Positions 13,100 through 26,388 of a stretch of DNA of 64,000 bases are shown here, piece after piece; the first letter of the stretch is position 1; every line of letters begins with the position of its first letter. A model generated the notes under the pieces. It was not told where the DNA came from, searched no databases, and worked only from the letters and a program-made list of their open reading frames with translations. The position numbers and the translations under genes are program-made. Origin of the DNA: Mobula hypostoma (lineage: Eukaryota); contig NC_086108.1 in the NCBI RefSeq assembly GCF_963921235.1, positions 93,250,001 through 93,314,000 on the forward strand, written 5' to 3'.

Positions 13100-14204
13100 G
13101 TAATCTGGCCAAACTGTCGGATGCTCCGATCGGAACAGAGTTAATTGAATGCTTTAGTCGTGAATGAACATGCTAAAAGAACTGTGGACGTAATTTAATA
13201 GTGTTGGGGTTGTCAAGGAAGGTGAATTTAAACCAAACAAGAATTGGAAGAATGGGTTGAGACGCAAAAATTCATATACAATTGGTTGGCAATTTTGTGA
13301 GGTGTCTTTTTTTTTGGTTGGCTGCTGAACAGCCTGTAATCAAACCGTCCCATTCTAATGTAATCAGTCCGTCCAGTTCTCCTTTTACGAGCCAGCGCGG
13401 ATCTGGTCGTGGAAAGCTCCAAAGACAGACCCGAGCCGTTCCGTGCAAGCGCAGGTCACGTTCAGATCGAATTCAGCCAATGTTCACATGCAGTTTAGAT
13501 ACAGTATTTAAAAAACCGTCGTAATTTATAAATTCTGGTTGCTACGACAGGTCGGTCATAACAGTCTATCTATGTTACATAATCTCATGGTCTGCAATCT
13601 TCCAAGAAAAGAAGCGCTTTGTCGAACTGATTTTAGTGAAGATGATCCCACAGCAATTGGGGAGGGAACTCCGAGATTGAGATTTAGAGATGGCGCAAGA
13701 GTAGCTTTCCAGCATTTTCTGTTTTTTTTTAAATATGTGACTTGATAATATATATAGTTGAATTTAAGGGTAGCAAAAGCAGGGAGGAAGACTTCAGCAG
13801 GCAGCGAGCTCAGGATTGGGTGGGTAGGCTGGTGAAAATGGCAAAGCTATGATAATGTGGTTGGTAACTCGCCTCGGGGTCAAAACTTCCAGCAAGTTAG
13901 CAAGAAGCGCACCTGAGGAGCACAATAAAACTGTGGAAGAGCCAGGAAGAGGTTCATGGGTTAAAGATGTGGGAATGGGAAGAGGGAAGGCAGTGCAGGT
14001 TACTCTGTAGTTAGAATCAAACACGTAAGTGTGTTTCAATGTCAAATGATTGGTACCAGGACTGGGCTAGTTCAATACACTATCCACATTAGTAATTAGT
14101 AATTAAAGCAGAAAATATTGGAAATACTCAGCAACTCAAGCAGCAGCATGGAGGGAGGGGGAGCAGAGTGACTGTGACAGGCCGGTGACATTTTGTGGGC
14201 AAAA

Positions 14205-14612
14205 TAAGATAAGAACATTAAAAAATAGGAGCAGGGGTAGACTATCTGGCCCATCAAACCTGCTCCACCATTCACTAAGATCATGGCTGATCTAACCATG
14301 GACTCATCTCGACCCACCTGCCTTTTCCCCCATAACCCTTAATTCCTCTACTATGTAAAAAATCTATCCAACCTTATCTTAAATATATTTACTGAGGTAG
14401 CCTCCACTGATTCATTGGGCAGAGAATTCCACAGATTCACTACTCTTTGGGAGAAGCATTTCCTCCTCGTCTCCATCCTAAATCTACTCTCCTGAATCTT
14501 GAGGATATGTCCCCTAGCTCTAGTCTCACCTACCAGTAGAAACAGCTTTCCTGCCTCTATCTTACCTATCCCTTTCATAATTTTATGTTTCTGTAAGATC
14601 TCCTCTCATTCT
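14205..14612 (-). mobile_element. CR1 3' fragment in F3 intron 1, splitting an older PLE-end remnant
   Basis: Minus ORF RRKCFSQRVVNLWNSLP; flanks 14105-14190 and 14615-14725 resemble PLE termini. Confidence 0.8.
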
Positions 14613-15102
14613 ACTTGCTGAAAAGTCATCAACCTGGTAATGCTTCTCCACAGATGCTGCCTGGCCTACTGAGTATTTCCATCATTCTCTATTTTGTTGC
14701 AGGTGTACAGTACCCACAGGATTTTTTTTGATGACAAACTAGTGAAGTCACACCCACATGACATATAGATGCTCACTGTGTATCAAGAAGTCTTTAAAGA
14801 CCCCTTATGATTTTATGATTGGGTTGGATCATCCTGAGTTCAAATCCAGCTGGGTTCCAACCTAGACAGCAGCAGTATCTTGCTACAAAGACCCTATGAA
14901 CAAATCCATAGGGCTGCCATGAGTCAATGACAACTCGACGGCGCTCAACAACAACATGATTTTATAATTTGTTTTTGGTGTTAAACATTAGATTTTTGAG
15001 ATCTCGCACGAGTTCACGGTTAAACTCTTGCTGTTATGAGGAAGGGAAAACTGACCAGTACTTGCATGAATGAAAAATTAACACTTTTTTTTAAACCTTC
15101 AG

Positions 15103-15214
15103 GCACTTCATTGAAAGCTGTTACTAACGTAAAGTGGAATTCCTTCAATTTTTTCACAAAACTAGAATGGGAAAGGACTTCAGAAAATGCAGTGTACACC
15201 GTGAGATTGGCTGA
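15103..15214 (+). CDS. F3: Tissue factor exon 2 (GTSLKAVTNVKWNSFNFFTKLEWERTSENAVYTVRLA)
   Basis: Acceptor ttaaaccttcag, donor GA|gtaagt; 112 nt; aligns by eye with human TF [38 protein letters not shown]. Confidence 0.95.
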
Positions 15215-15429
15215 GTAAGTAAATCATCCCTGTAGAATGTACAGAGCTCGTAGAGAAAGCCCCTTTCTCTGAGTAGTCGGGAGCCAGTGAAATGTGTTGA
15301 GTGCTTTGCAGGCTATCACATCACGTTTGAAAATGTATTGTGAGTCAACATTGCAGTGAATGAACTGTTCCAAAAGGATTAAAGGGAAGTCGTGTTGCGG
15401 TGCCTTCCTCCGTGCCCTTGTATTGCATG

Positions 15430-15845
15430 TTAGCATAACAGTTAGTGTAACACTATTACAGTGCCAGCGACCCAGGTTCAATTCCCACCACTGCCTGTAA
15501 GGACTTCGTACTTTCCCCCTGTGAGCACATTGGTTTCCTCTGGGTGCTCCGGTTTCCTCCTACATTCCAAAGAGGTACGGGTTAGTAGGTTAAATGGCCG
15601 ACATACATCAAAGTTGCTGGTGAACGCAGCAGGCCAAGCAGCATCTATAGGAAGAGGTGCAATCGATGCTGCTTGGCCTGCTGCGTTCACCAGCAACTTT
15701 GATGTATGTTGCTTGAATTTCCAGCATCTGCAGAATTCCTGTTGTTTGAGGTTAAATGGCCACGTGGGTGTGATTGGACGGTGCAGATCTGTTGGGCCGG
15801 ATGTGCCTGTTGCGGTGCTGTATGTCTAAGTCAAATAAAATGAAT
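15430..15845 (+). mobile_element. V-SINE (HE1-like) hosting a fold-back PLE insertion
   Basis: B-box GGTTCAATTCC and V domain GGTTTCCTCTGGGTGCTCCGGTTTCCTCC; similar copies ~19090-19400(-), 20420-20600, 20890-21185(-), 24074-24360, 25755-25990, 35720-35910, 51163-51620. Confidence 0.8.
15600..15748. mobile_element. Short fold-back PLE-end element (centre deleted)
   Basis: Inverted arms; TSD AGGTTAAATGGCC at 15587-15599 and 15749-15761. Confidence 0.88.
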
Positions 15846-16105
15846 AAATATTCATGCAGTGTAAACAGTATCCAGTATAAACCTTGTGAGATTTATAAAA
15901 CATGGAAAAGGAACGATGTCTGTCATTAACATGATGTCAAATTAAACTAATCTTTTCTGTGTGCACGTGATCCAATCCCTACTGTGTATCCACGAGCCTC
16001 TCTAAATGCCACTATTTTGTCTGCCTCTACCACCACCCCATCTCTGTGTAAAAATAAATATACCCTGTACATCTCTTTTAAGCTTCCCTGCTCGCATTAA
16101 ATCTA

Positions 16106-16638
16106 CACTCAGTGGCCACATTGTTAGGTATCTCGTGTACCTGATAAAGTGGTCATTGAGAGGATGTTCATGATCTTCTGCTGCTGCAGCCTGTCCGCTC
16201 CAAGGTTCAGCATGTAGTGCTCTTCTGCACACCACTGTTGTAATCATGATTTTGTTTTTGAGCTACTGTCATTTTCCCGTCAGTTTCAATCTGTCTGGCC
16301 ATTCTCCTCTGACCTCTCTCATTGGCAAGGCATTTTTGCCCACAGAACTGTGCTCACTGGTTTTGTTTTATTGCACCATTTTCTGTAAATCCTAGAGACT
16401 GTTGTGCATGAAAATCCCAGGGGATCTGCAGTTTCTGAGATACTCAAACCACCCTGACTGGCAGCAACTGTCATTCCATGGTCAAAGTCACTAAGATCAC
16501 ATTTCTTCCCCATTCTGATGTTTGGTCTGAACAGCAGCTGAAGCTCTTGACCTTTTTCTGCATTGAGTTCAGTTGCATGATTGGCTGATTAGAGATTTGC
16601 ATGAACGAGCAGGTACACCTAATAGAGTAGCCACTGAG
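16106..16638 (-). mobile_element. Non-autonomous Tc1 element
   Basis: TIRs CACTCAGTGGC; minus ORF MGKKCDLSDFDHGMTVAASQGGLSISETADPLGFSCTTVSRIYRKW (Tc1 HTH). Confidence 0.88.
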
Positions 16639-19600
16639 ATAGATCCTTGAGTATCCAACCTTTCTACCCTCGGGAAAGGAATCAGACTGCTAGCTGATCT
16701 ACACCTCTCAAGTTTCTACCAGGGCTCCTCTCAGCTGCTGATGCTTTGAAATACTCAAGCACAGAAAGGTTACTTCTAGAATGGGTTTCAGTTAAATTTT
16801 CCAGAGATCAAGGGTTAATCCCCAGGAGAGAAACTTTAAAATATTATGGGATCCTTTAAAATGAATTCTTAACTCGCGTTCTTCAGACACTCTTGTCCTT
16901 AGAAATCTTGCCAAAATGGTGGTTTGGGCTGGGGAAGGGCAAATAATGAGATCACCAAGAATCCTTCTACAATTGGTAACTAAATTTAAGGGTAGTGCAA
17001 GTCCTGAGGGATTACCTTGAAAATTCAGTATGAATTCCATTATCAAATAACTACACTTCCACAATTCCAAGTTCAAGTTTATTGTCATTCAACCATACAT
17101 GTGCATAGTTAAATGAAATACCGTTCTTCCGGGGCCAAAGTGCAAAACACACTCTGTACATCCATATAGTCAAACAAGCACATATAACTATGATCCAGCC
17201 CATAGATTCACAAAATGATATTGGCACAAGTCCCCAAGTGGCATGGCCTGAAGATTGACTGGTTGACATAAAGTGTCAGGTTTGCCCAGTTTGACTGGGC
17301 TTTACCTTTTCAGATGGATACACAGCATTGATTGGCAATCAATTAAGTGTGTCACAAGACTTGTACTGTTTATGACACAAGCAATCTCTATCTCTTGTAA
17401 ACAAATGCATTCAAGATAGAAGGCAAACAGGATGCTATGACATAGAGCTGGCTAGGGACATTGGAAAAATTAGAACTCACTCCTTGCAATTCAAAATTTT
17501 GTAATAAATCCATTTGAAAGACAGTTTGCATCAACTCCACACATGCAATTAAGCAGAGAACTCAGGAATTCAGTGTATGAATTGTTCTTTTCTTCTAGAG
17601 ATTGTGTTGTAAGTCTCAACATTAACCGTTTCGATTCCACAAAGCTGCAACCCTTATGTAATAGATTTGTAGTTCCCATATCAAAAAATGTAGCCTGGTT
17701 TATTTTAATACAGATGAATTTTTAATGGAGAGATGTCTTAGTAACTACCAAATGATCTACTTGACACTTAAGCTAAATTGTGACAGTCAAGATGATCTTT
17801 CTTCTAGGCTATAATTATCATTGAAGATCTGAGACATTTCACTTTTGTCCCTCTTGCCTCTCTCTAAATCCTGTCACTCCATTTACATAAACACAGAGGT
17901 TCTGCAGGTGCTGTATATCTAGAATAACACAAAAAATCCTTGAAGAACTCAGCAGGTCAGGCAGCATATATGGAGAGGAATATTGCAGGGTCTCAGCCCG
18001 AATTGTTGACTGTTCATTCCCTTCATGACCTGTTGAGTTCCTCCAGAATTCTGTGTGGGTTACCTTACTTACATTCTGTCCCTGATCTGGTATCGAACTC
18101 AATGGTCTGACAGTCAAGTTCGGGCTTGAAGCTGCTCATTTAAAATTCTTCCCACTGGTTGGAGATGCTAGATTTCTTGTCCTGAACATTCAGATCCCAA
18201 TGTGTGCTGTTCTTTTTTTAATCTCAAGAGTTTTGCTGACAGCAAATTCCTTGCAAAAGACCTTTGTAAATCAATAAGGAAAGCGGATGTTTGAGTACTG
18301 ACCTTGCTGAATGTGACTAAGAGACCAAATTACCCAATGTTATAGTGTAGTTATCACTGGATGGCAATGAGGAAGTTGAGATAAAGAATAGTACATAAAA
18401 TTTAAAGGAATCCTACAACACACCAACCAAAAACATCTAGAATGTCACCTTCCCTTTGGCTCTGTAGTCGCCACACATTGGAAGATTATCAGTTAACAAC
18501 TTCAGAGGTCATTAAATAACATGAATTGAGCTGACTCCTATACAGCCATGGCTCTGGAGTTTCAGCCAATGTTCGCAGAACATTTTACAAATGACCAGAA
18601 ATTCTTGGTCACATTTGCAGATTTCTCAGGGTCATTAAATTGCTAGCTAAGTAATCTGGTTCTCCTGCTCACAACCAAACAGGGTCACATGTGGGTTAAT
18701 TTACGGCACATGAAATAATGTGAATACTGAGCTCTGTGGCTTTGTGTATTAACTCTACTGATTATCCTAGGTACTATCATATTAAATGCTTCTTTTATAA
18801 CTGTGTGGCACTGGCAGCAAGCCCAGACATTTCAGTCACGGTAGGTGCACACTAATAACTGCATCTCTAGTGTGCCCGCAGAAGAAACCAGGAGAGATCC
18901 AGGATTCAACACGCAATCTCAGTCTTCAAAGATCTGTAGCATGCCTAAAGTGATGCCTGAATTCCCTTAGCATTTGTCTTGCGCTATGCATGCATGTAAT
19001 TTTTCCTTCCTGGTCTCTCTGCCTCTGCCACTTGATCTGAAACTTGGGAAACAAATATCTTTTGGAAGGGAAATAATTTTAGAGATTAGGAAGATTAGCT
19101 TTATTTGTCATGTGTAGATTGAAATGTGCAGTGAAGTGTTCCATTTGCATCAAATCAAATCAGTGAGGACTGTGCAGGGCAGCCTGCAAGTGTCACTACG
19201 CTTCCAGCATCAACATAGAATGCCCACATCTCACTAACCCCTAACTCCTCTATGTGGGAGGAAACCAGAGCACCCGGAGGAAACCCTCATGGTCATGGGG
19301 AGAATGTACTAACTCCTTATAGACAGGGGTGGGAATTGAACCCTGATCTTACATCTCACTCTGTAAATTGTCATGCTAACTGCTATGCTACTGTGTCACC
19401 ATATCAATTCTAAATGGTAGCTCAAATCTGTACCTCCTCCTATAACTCACTCAAAAAAATTACTTTTTCCTAAATAAGATAACATAAGATCCTTTTTTCC
19501 ATCCTGCTCAATAACTAGCCCAGAATGCTACCAGCTTGCCTCCGAGTTGTGCTTCAGTTATTGAAATGTTTCTTGGCAGGCATGATTAAATGTAACCCTC

Positions 19601-22600
19601 AAACTGTGATTAACTGGAGCAGTTGCAATTTGATCTGTGCATCAGCCCAAAGTTATTCTTTACTGAGCAGACATGTTGGCGATAACGTTGTGGTTGAGAC
19701 AGTATGGGTACTGTTACCCATGAGAAAGGGGAATGTGGCCAGGGGACAAACAATAGTTACTGTGTCTGCTACATTTAAATGAGGAAATGAAACAAGTCCA
19801 GAGAGCTACAAATTAGTTACATTCAACATCATTGGTAGGAAATGTAATGGAATCTCTATCTAAAGAAGTAATGGGTAAGCATCCAGAAACTAAAACTAAA
19901 TTAGAGTTGGTCATAGGAAACGTTGAGCCTGAACAATTTTATTGTGTTCTTTGCAGGAGTAACAGGAGGAATAAACAAATATAATATGGTCAGGTTGGGT
20001 GTCAGGCTGGAGACCAAAGGAGGCATAAGGCTCTTCTTTCCTCCACTACCTTGCAGGTCACCCTTGGGCAAGGTGTAGCACCTGCTCAGCCCTCCAATCA
20101 GGGTCACACGAAACCATGGGAGCAGGTGATGGATGGTCGTATGAGCAGCCGGTGCACATCGCAAGTCCTGGTTATGCGACCACTGATGCCAGGCAGACAG
20201 CCTCTGAAGAGTATTGTTAATGGTAGGGGTCACCTGTCTTGTAAAAGCACTGCCCAGAAGATGGCAATGGCAAACCACTTCTGCAGAAAAAATTGCCAGA
20301 AACAATCATAGTCATGGAAATTCTACGACATGGCACAATTTGTTCATTATGAACAAATATAATGCGGTTGATGTAACTTCCTTGGATTTTCGTTTAGGTA
20401 CGGGATAATAAAGTTATTACTGGGGTCAGGTTCAATGCTGACTCTGGTTATGTCTGTGTGGAGTTTGTATGTTCTCCCTACAACCACATGCATTTTTCCT
20501 GGCTGCTCTGGTCTCTTCTCACATCTTATGGATATGCAGACTGGTTAATTCTTTGCCCACTGTAGATTGTACCTAGTGTAGGCGGTGGTGGAATTGATAC
20601 AAATGTGGAGAGAATAGGTAAGAGCAGGGGTTCCCATCCTGGGGTCCTTAGACCTCTTGCTTAATTGTATTGCTCCATGGCATAATAAAGGTTGAAGAGT
20701 CCTAGGATAAAGGGAAAATTAGCAGGGAATGTCATTGCTCTATGAGCAGGCATAGGCTAGATAGCCAAATAGTCTCCTCCTGTTCTGTAGTCATAGTGTA
20801 ACCACTAGAGTCAAATAAGGGATTGTCTGAGCATTTCTCAGGAGGCTGTAGAGAGTGTAAGAAAAATTGAAGCATTGAAAGGTTTAAGGATTAGCTTTTT
20901 TTTATTTGTACATGAAAACATACAGTGAAAATTGTTTGTGTCAACCACTAATACAGTCTGAGGATTATGCTGGGGGCAGCCCACAAGGGTTGCCACACTT
21001 CTGGTGTCAATGGCATGCCCACGATCCATTAACCCTAACTGTAAGTATTTTGGAATGTGGGAGGAAACTGGAACACTTGGAGGAAACCCACATGGTCCTG
21101 AGAAAGCGTATAAACCCCGAGAGGAATCAGACCCTGACTAGTGGCCACTGGCACTGTAAAGCACTCTCCTAACTGCTATGCACCAAATTTCACTTTTTTA
21201 AATAATTAAATTGAAAAGTAAGTAGTCCTTGTTTTCTGCATGGAGCACTGAACAGTTTATTGGCTCAAAATTACAGAAAGGATATGGAGGGGTGGAGAAG
21301 AAGTTTTGTGTAATGGTGGGAGGTATTGCATAATGTGAACAGCTGGAATTGTATTCCCTATAGAAAAATGCTGATTGAAGTCTGTAAAAATAATGGAATT
21401 GTTCAATAGTGCAGATGCATACGGATAATATTACTTGTAGAGCATATCCATTATATAAGAAACATGGTAATAAACCCAAAAAGGAATTCAAAAGAAGTTA
21501 AGTATCATCTGGCTTCAATATTTAAGGAGATCAAGAATGCACTCACTTTGGAAATGCCACTGGGTTAAGCATAAATTGCTCCACTTCTTAATTAGTGGTT
21601 ACTGAAATAGCAGGTGAGGTCATTGTGAGAAAGGATGCTGCTGTGGTTGGGGTAGAGGTGCCTGACAGGACAGGTGGATAGATATTTTGTTAGTGTGCTC
21701 TTCTGCTATTTACACAGGATTTCTGTATGCTGGCAATGCAGGCACTTGAAGCTGTGAATACCATCCCAAATACTTGTACTCCACTTTGAGTGGTCAGAGA
21801 TCAAGGGCTCCCAGTAGTTGGTGGAGATGATCCATTTCTTCAAGGAAACTTTGAGCACATCCTTTAATTGTTTCCTCTATCTCTAGGGTAACACCTTCCA
21901 TGTAAACGGGACTAGCTTAGGTAGTCGGACATCTTGGTTGGCATCTCCATGCTGCTTAATGCCAAGACTCTATGATAATGTCATCACTCTTTGTCTGTGA
22001 GCAATTTTTCATTGAATCTCTTGTATTTCTTTGTTCTACTGTGAATGCGCACAAGAAAATGAATCCCAGGGTCGTATATAGTGACATATACGTGCTTTGA
22101 ACTTTGAAGTGTCCATTTTGGTAGTCTGATGTGGTTTGTACATTCCAACTGTTCTCAGCTGTGCAGCAACTCCAAGAAAATGCAGGAAGCAACCCCAGCC
22201 ATTACACGTGGCCTTTTCCAAATTCATTAAAGCCTTTGATCTCACCAGTTGGAGGGACTGTGAGGTGCCTTTTTCAAATTTGGCTGCACACAGAAATTCA
22301 CCTCCAAGGTCTGCCGTAGAACAAAAGGAATGCAGATACATAATTTATTGAAAGTGCTGTGACAAGTTTGATAGGGTCATAAAGAAAGCCCTCCATAAAT
22401 CAGTGTATTGAGTACAGGAGGTGGGATGTTATGTTGAAGTTGTATAAAACATTGGTGAGACCTAATTTGGAGTATTGTGTGCAGTTTTAGAAAGACGTAA
22501 ATAAGGTTAAAAGGTGGGACTACAACTAGAGGTCATGGGTTAAGGGTGAAACATGAAAAGTTTAAGGGGATCATGAGGGGAAACTTCTTCACTCATGAGA

Positions 22601-22987
22601 GTATGGAACGAGCTGCCAGCGCAAAGTGATGCACGTGAGCTTGATTTCAACGCTCAGTAGAGGTTTGGATAGGTACATGGATGTAGGGGTATGGAGGACT
22701 ATGGTCCAGGTGCACATCAATGGAAGTAGGCTGTTTAAATGGCTCGGCACGGTTTAGATGGGATGAAGGGCCAGTTTCTGTGCTGTACTTTTCTAAGACT
22801 ATAGATTCATCTTTGGTGGTTTCAACCCTGCAACCTCAATAACTCACTCTCCAATAACAGAAATGCTCTGTTGTTCTTTTCTTAAATGAGGGAGATGCGT
22901 ACTTTGAACAATAAACTTCTTTTAAATTTTGAGATGGGAACCCAATGCTTACCTTCACTTTAATATTTAATTAATCATTTTTCCTAG

Positions 22988-23178
22988 CCGAAAATCTGAC
23001 TGGAAGAAAAAGCCTGAATGTACCCTGATTAACGCCACAAGCTGTGACCTGACCAGCCTGATGCAGGACGTGAATGCCCATTATACTGCAGAGGTGCTAA
23101 CCTACAATGCCAACGACACAGTAGGAATACGAGAACCTCCTTTCACCAAATCTCCTGAAATCCAGCTTTTGAAGGATA
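22988..23178 (+). CDS. F3: Tissue factor exon 3 (DRKSDWKKKPECTLINATSCDLTSLMQDVNAHYTAEVLTYNANDTVGIREPPFTKSPEIQLLKD)
   Basis: Acceptor ttttcctag, donor A|gtaagt; 191 nt; DWK..C...CDLT and EP..SPE motifs match TF fibronectin-III domain 1 with the first disulfide pair. Confidence 0.95.
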
Positions 23179-23385
23179 GTAAGTCTTGCAAACATTCTTG
23201 GGACATATCCGTTCTTGAATGCTTTCAACAATGACTACCGTCACCTACATTCACTATGAAAACAGTATGAGGAGGAATTTCTTTAGCCAGAGGGTGGTGA
23301 CTCTGTGGAATTCATCACCGCAGATGGCAGCGGAGTGCAAGTCATTTGATAGACGGTATTTAAAGCAGGGGTTGATAGGTTCTTG

Positions 23386-23674
23386 TGTGGGCACGTGGCC
23401 AAATGGTTAAGGCATTGGACTAGCGACCTGAAGGTCGTGAGTTCGAGCCCCAGCCGAGGCAACGTGTGTTGTGTCCTTGAGCAAGGCACTTAACCACACA
23501 TTGCTCTGTATGGGTCCTAATGCCCTTCCCTTGGACAACATTGGTGTCGTGGAGAGGGGAGGTGCAGCATGGGCAGCTGCTGGTCTTCCATCAACCTTGC
23601 CCAGGCCTGCGCCCTGGAGACTGAACACTTTCCAGGCGCAGATCCATGGTCTCGCAAGACTAACGGATGCCTTT
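23386..23674 (+). mobile_element. tRNA-derived SINE with CORE-like segment, inserted in a CR1 fragment
   Basis: A box TGGCCAAATGG, B box GTTCGAGCC, GTGTCCTTGAGCAAGGCACTTAACC; TSD ATAGGTT(C/G)TTG at 23375-23385 and 23675-23685. Confidence 0.8.
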
Positions 23675-24654
23675 ATAGGTTGTTGATCGGTAGTGTTGTC
23701 AGGGGTTATGGGGAGAAGGCAGGGAAGTGGGGTTCAGAGGGATAATAAATGGTGGAATGGGAGAGTTGACGATGGGCCAAATGGGCTAATTCTGCTTCTA
23801 TGCCTTCTGTTCTCAGATGCTTTCAGCAATAGCTGTCACTGTGAAAGCTGCATTATGAGAAAATACATTTGAACAGACTGCAGTAGGTGACCAATTTGAA
23901 GCCAAGGTTGAAACAGACCATCAAATGCCAGAACAGGCTTGAGGGCTGAATGCCCTTCCCCAATCATTTTACTACATAAGATCCTTCAGAAGGCAGTGAT
24001 AAAAATATTAGCAGCTTGCAACTTTACACAATACAGAACAGAAGTGAGGAGTTGCATCCAATCCAATAATGATAGGGTAGTGTAGCAGTTGATGTGATGC
24101 TATTAAAGCTCGGAGCATCAGAGTGCGGTGTTCAACTTCAACGTTGTGTGTAAGACGTCTCTCTATACTTCCTGTGAAATGTGTGGGTTTTCTCCGGGTG
24201 CTCCGGTTTCCTCCCACACTCCAAAGATGTACCAGTTGGTAGGTTAATTGGTCATTGTAAATTGTCCGGTGATTACCCTAGGGTTAAATCAAAGGCTGCT
24301 GGTTGCTCAAAGGGCCAGAAAGGTTCTTCTGCACAATATCTCAACAAAATAAATAACAATAATAGAATTGCATGAATTATGAACTCTGGAATTTGTCATT
24401 CAGGTTTTTAGAGTAGGGCTTTGATGCTATAAATTGGAAGTGTAAGTGAGTCACAGGTGACAGATGGCCCAGGTTTCAGACATGTTAAGAAAGGAAAGGA
24501 AAATAGAGTAAAATAGAGAATGGTACTGATAATCTGTATTGTATCTGTTACATTAAATGTATAATATTGTCCAAATATGATATAATATTTTATGTCATGA
24601 AATAAAACCAAGAATATTCTATTAGAAAGCTTATGTCTGTTTAATAAGTTGGCT

Positions 24655-25240
24655 GTAGAGAGGTTGTTTCCTATGGTGGGGTGTTCTTAGACCAGAGGTA
24701 ACTGGCTCAGAATAGAGGGACACCCATTTAAAATGCAGCTGAGGCAGAATTTCTTTCGCCAGGGGTTGGTGAATCTGTGGAATTCATTGCCACAGGCATC
24801 GTGGAAGCTAAGTCATTGGGTACATTTAAGGCAGAGGCTGATATATTCATCATTAGTCAGGGCATGAAGAGTTACGTAGAGAAGACAGGAGATTGGGGCT
24901 GAGGGGAAAATTAATCAGCCATGTTGAAATGGCAGGACAGACTCAATGGGCCCAATGGCCTAATTCTGCTCCTATATCTTGTGGTCAGATGGCAGAGCCT
25001 CAGAATAGAAGGATGTCCCTTTAGGACAGAGATGAGGAGGAATTTCTTTAGCCAGAGGGTGGTGAATTTATGGAATTCATTGCCACAGACAGCTGTGGAG
25101 GACAAGTCACTGAGTGTATTTAAACTGGAGATTGATAGTAAGGGCATCAGTTATGGTGAGAAAACTGGGGAATGGGGTTGTGGGATAAAAAATCGGCCAT
25201 GGGCTGAATGGCCGAATTCTGTTCCTATGTCTTATGGTCT
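24655..25240 (+). mobile_element. Two tandem CR1 3' fragments ending ~15 nt before F3 exon 4
   Basis: RRNFFSQRVVNLWNSLPQ motifs; typical ends cctatatcttgtggtc and cctatgtcttatggtct. Confidence 0.85.
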
Positions 25241-25255
25241 TTATTTGTATTCTAG

Positions 25256-25437
25256 CTGTTATTGGACAAGCCAAGTTCACCATCACCAGAAAGCGTAAAA
25301 CTGAAATTCAGCTGACAATAGAAGATCCAAATACCTACATCAGATTTTCAAATAACACTCAAAAAACACTCCGGGACATCTATGGACCTCAACTTCAGTA
25401 CAAAATGACTTATTGGAAGGACGGTTCAAGTGGCAAG
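25256..25437 (+). CDS. F3: Tissue factor exon 4 (TVIGQAKFTITRKRKTEIQLTIEDPNTYIRFSNNTQKTLRDIYGPQLQYKMTYWKDGSSGK)
   Basis: Acceptor tttgtattctag, donor AAG|gtgcgt; 182 nt; matches TF motifs GQ, ED..T, NNT..LRD..G, YWK..SSGK. Confidence 0.95.
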
Positions 25438-26180
25438 GTGCGTGCTAAATCTCTTTTAAATTTAAAATAAAATCTTCCAGGGCGACACTGAGAACAAAAC
25501 AATATAAGTAGCTGAAAAAACACAACTTAGCAAGACGGGCAGAGAGAAAAATACGATAATGAAATCAGGTCAGGGCTGGCAAAAGTGGAAAATGACCCTG
25601 CTTTAAGTTGCAGAGATGGAAAGGACAAAGAGAATATCTACGACAGGATGGAAAACGAGGGAAAATAGATGGCACAGACTGATGTCAGCTATGAACAGAT
25701 GTTGAAGGTTAGAAGAACTGGAATCTGCCTGTGGGATATGTAAATAAAGAAGGAAGTGTAGTGGTTAGTGTAACACCACTACAGCACCAGTGAATTGGGT
25801 TCAATTCCCACCACTGTCTGTAATAGGTTTGTACATTCTCCCTGTGACCACATGGGTTTCTTCCGGGTGCTCTGGTTTCCGCCCACATTCCAAAGACATA
25901 TGAGCTAATAGGTTAGTTGGTCACATGGGTGTAACTGGGCAGCCCAATCTCATTGGCCTGTTATCGTACTGTATCTCTAAATAAAATAAAGACATCAAAG
26001 GTGGAAGAAAAAGCAATGTTGGAAGAGGATGAATACAAGACAGAACAGTTGCTAGAAATCGGAAGTAAAATGGAACGTTGGAACAGAAGGGTAAACAGAA
26101 AATTAGAAAGGCTGGTTATCTGAAGTTGTTCAGTTACTGCGAGGTCCACAAGGTCTGCCACTTGCCAAGGTGGAAGATGA

Positions 26181-26388
26181 GAAGAGTGTGTGTTTTTTGA
26201 CAGCTCTGTTCCATGAGCTGGTGAGCGAGGCTTTTCTTGAACTGAAGGTAGGAAGCAAAATGCTTCTTCTGCATTTGTACCTGACGGTTACGGCTCAACA
26301 TTCATAGGTGAATGGAGGATCGATAGATTTGTTCCTGTGAAACAATAGGACTTACCCAGGTACTAAACACATGCAGAATGGTTCCTGT
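26181..26388 (+). repeat. Diverged copy of the F3 proximal 3' UTR (30471-30670) in intron 4
   Basis: Colinear match from GAAGAGTGTGTGTTTT to GGTTCCTGT. Confidence 0.92.

Noticed and set aside
17543..17725. Possible extra F3 exon in intron 2
   Set aside because: Exons 2 and 3 already join in frame and match TF; this peptide has no TF similarity.
23389..23458. tRNA-like sequence with A and B boxes
   Set aside because: It is the head of a SINE with a body and TSD, not a tRNA gene.
15341..24453. Isolated intronic TGAGTCA sites (15341, 24447)
   Set aside because: Single 7-mers are expected by chance at this scale.
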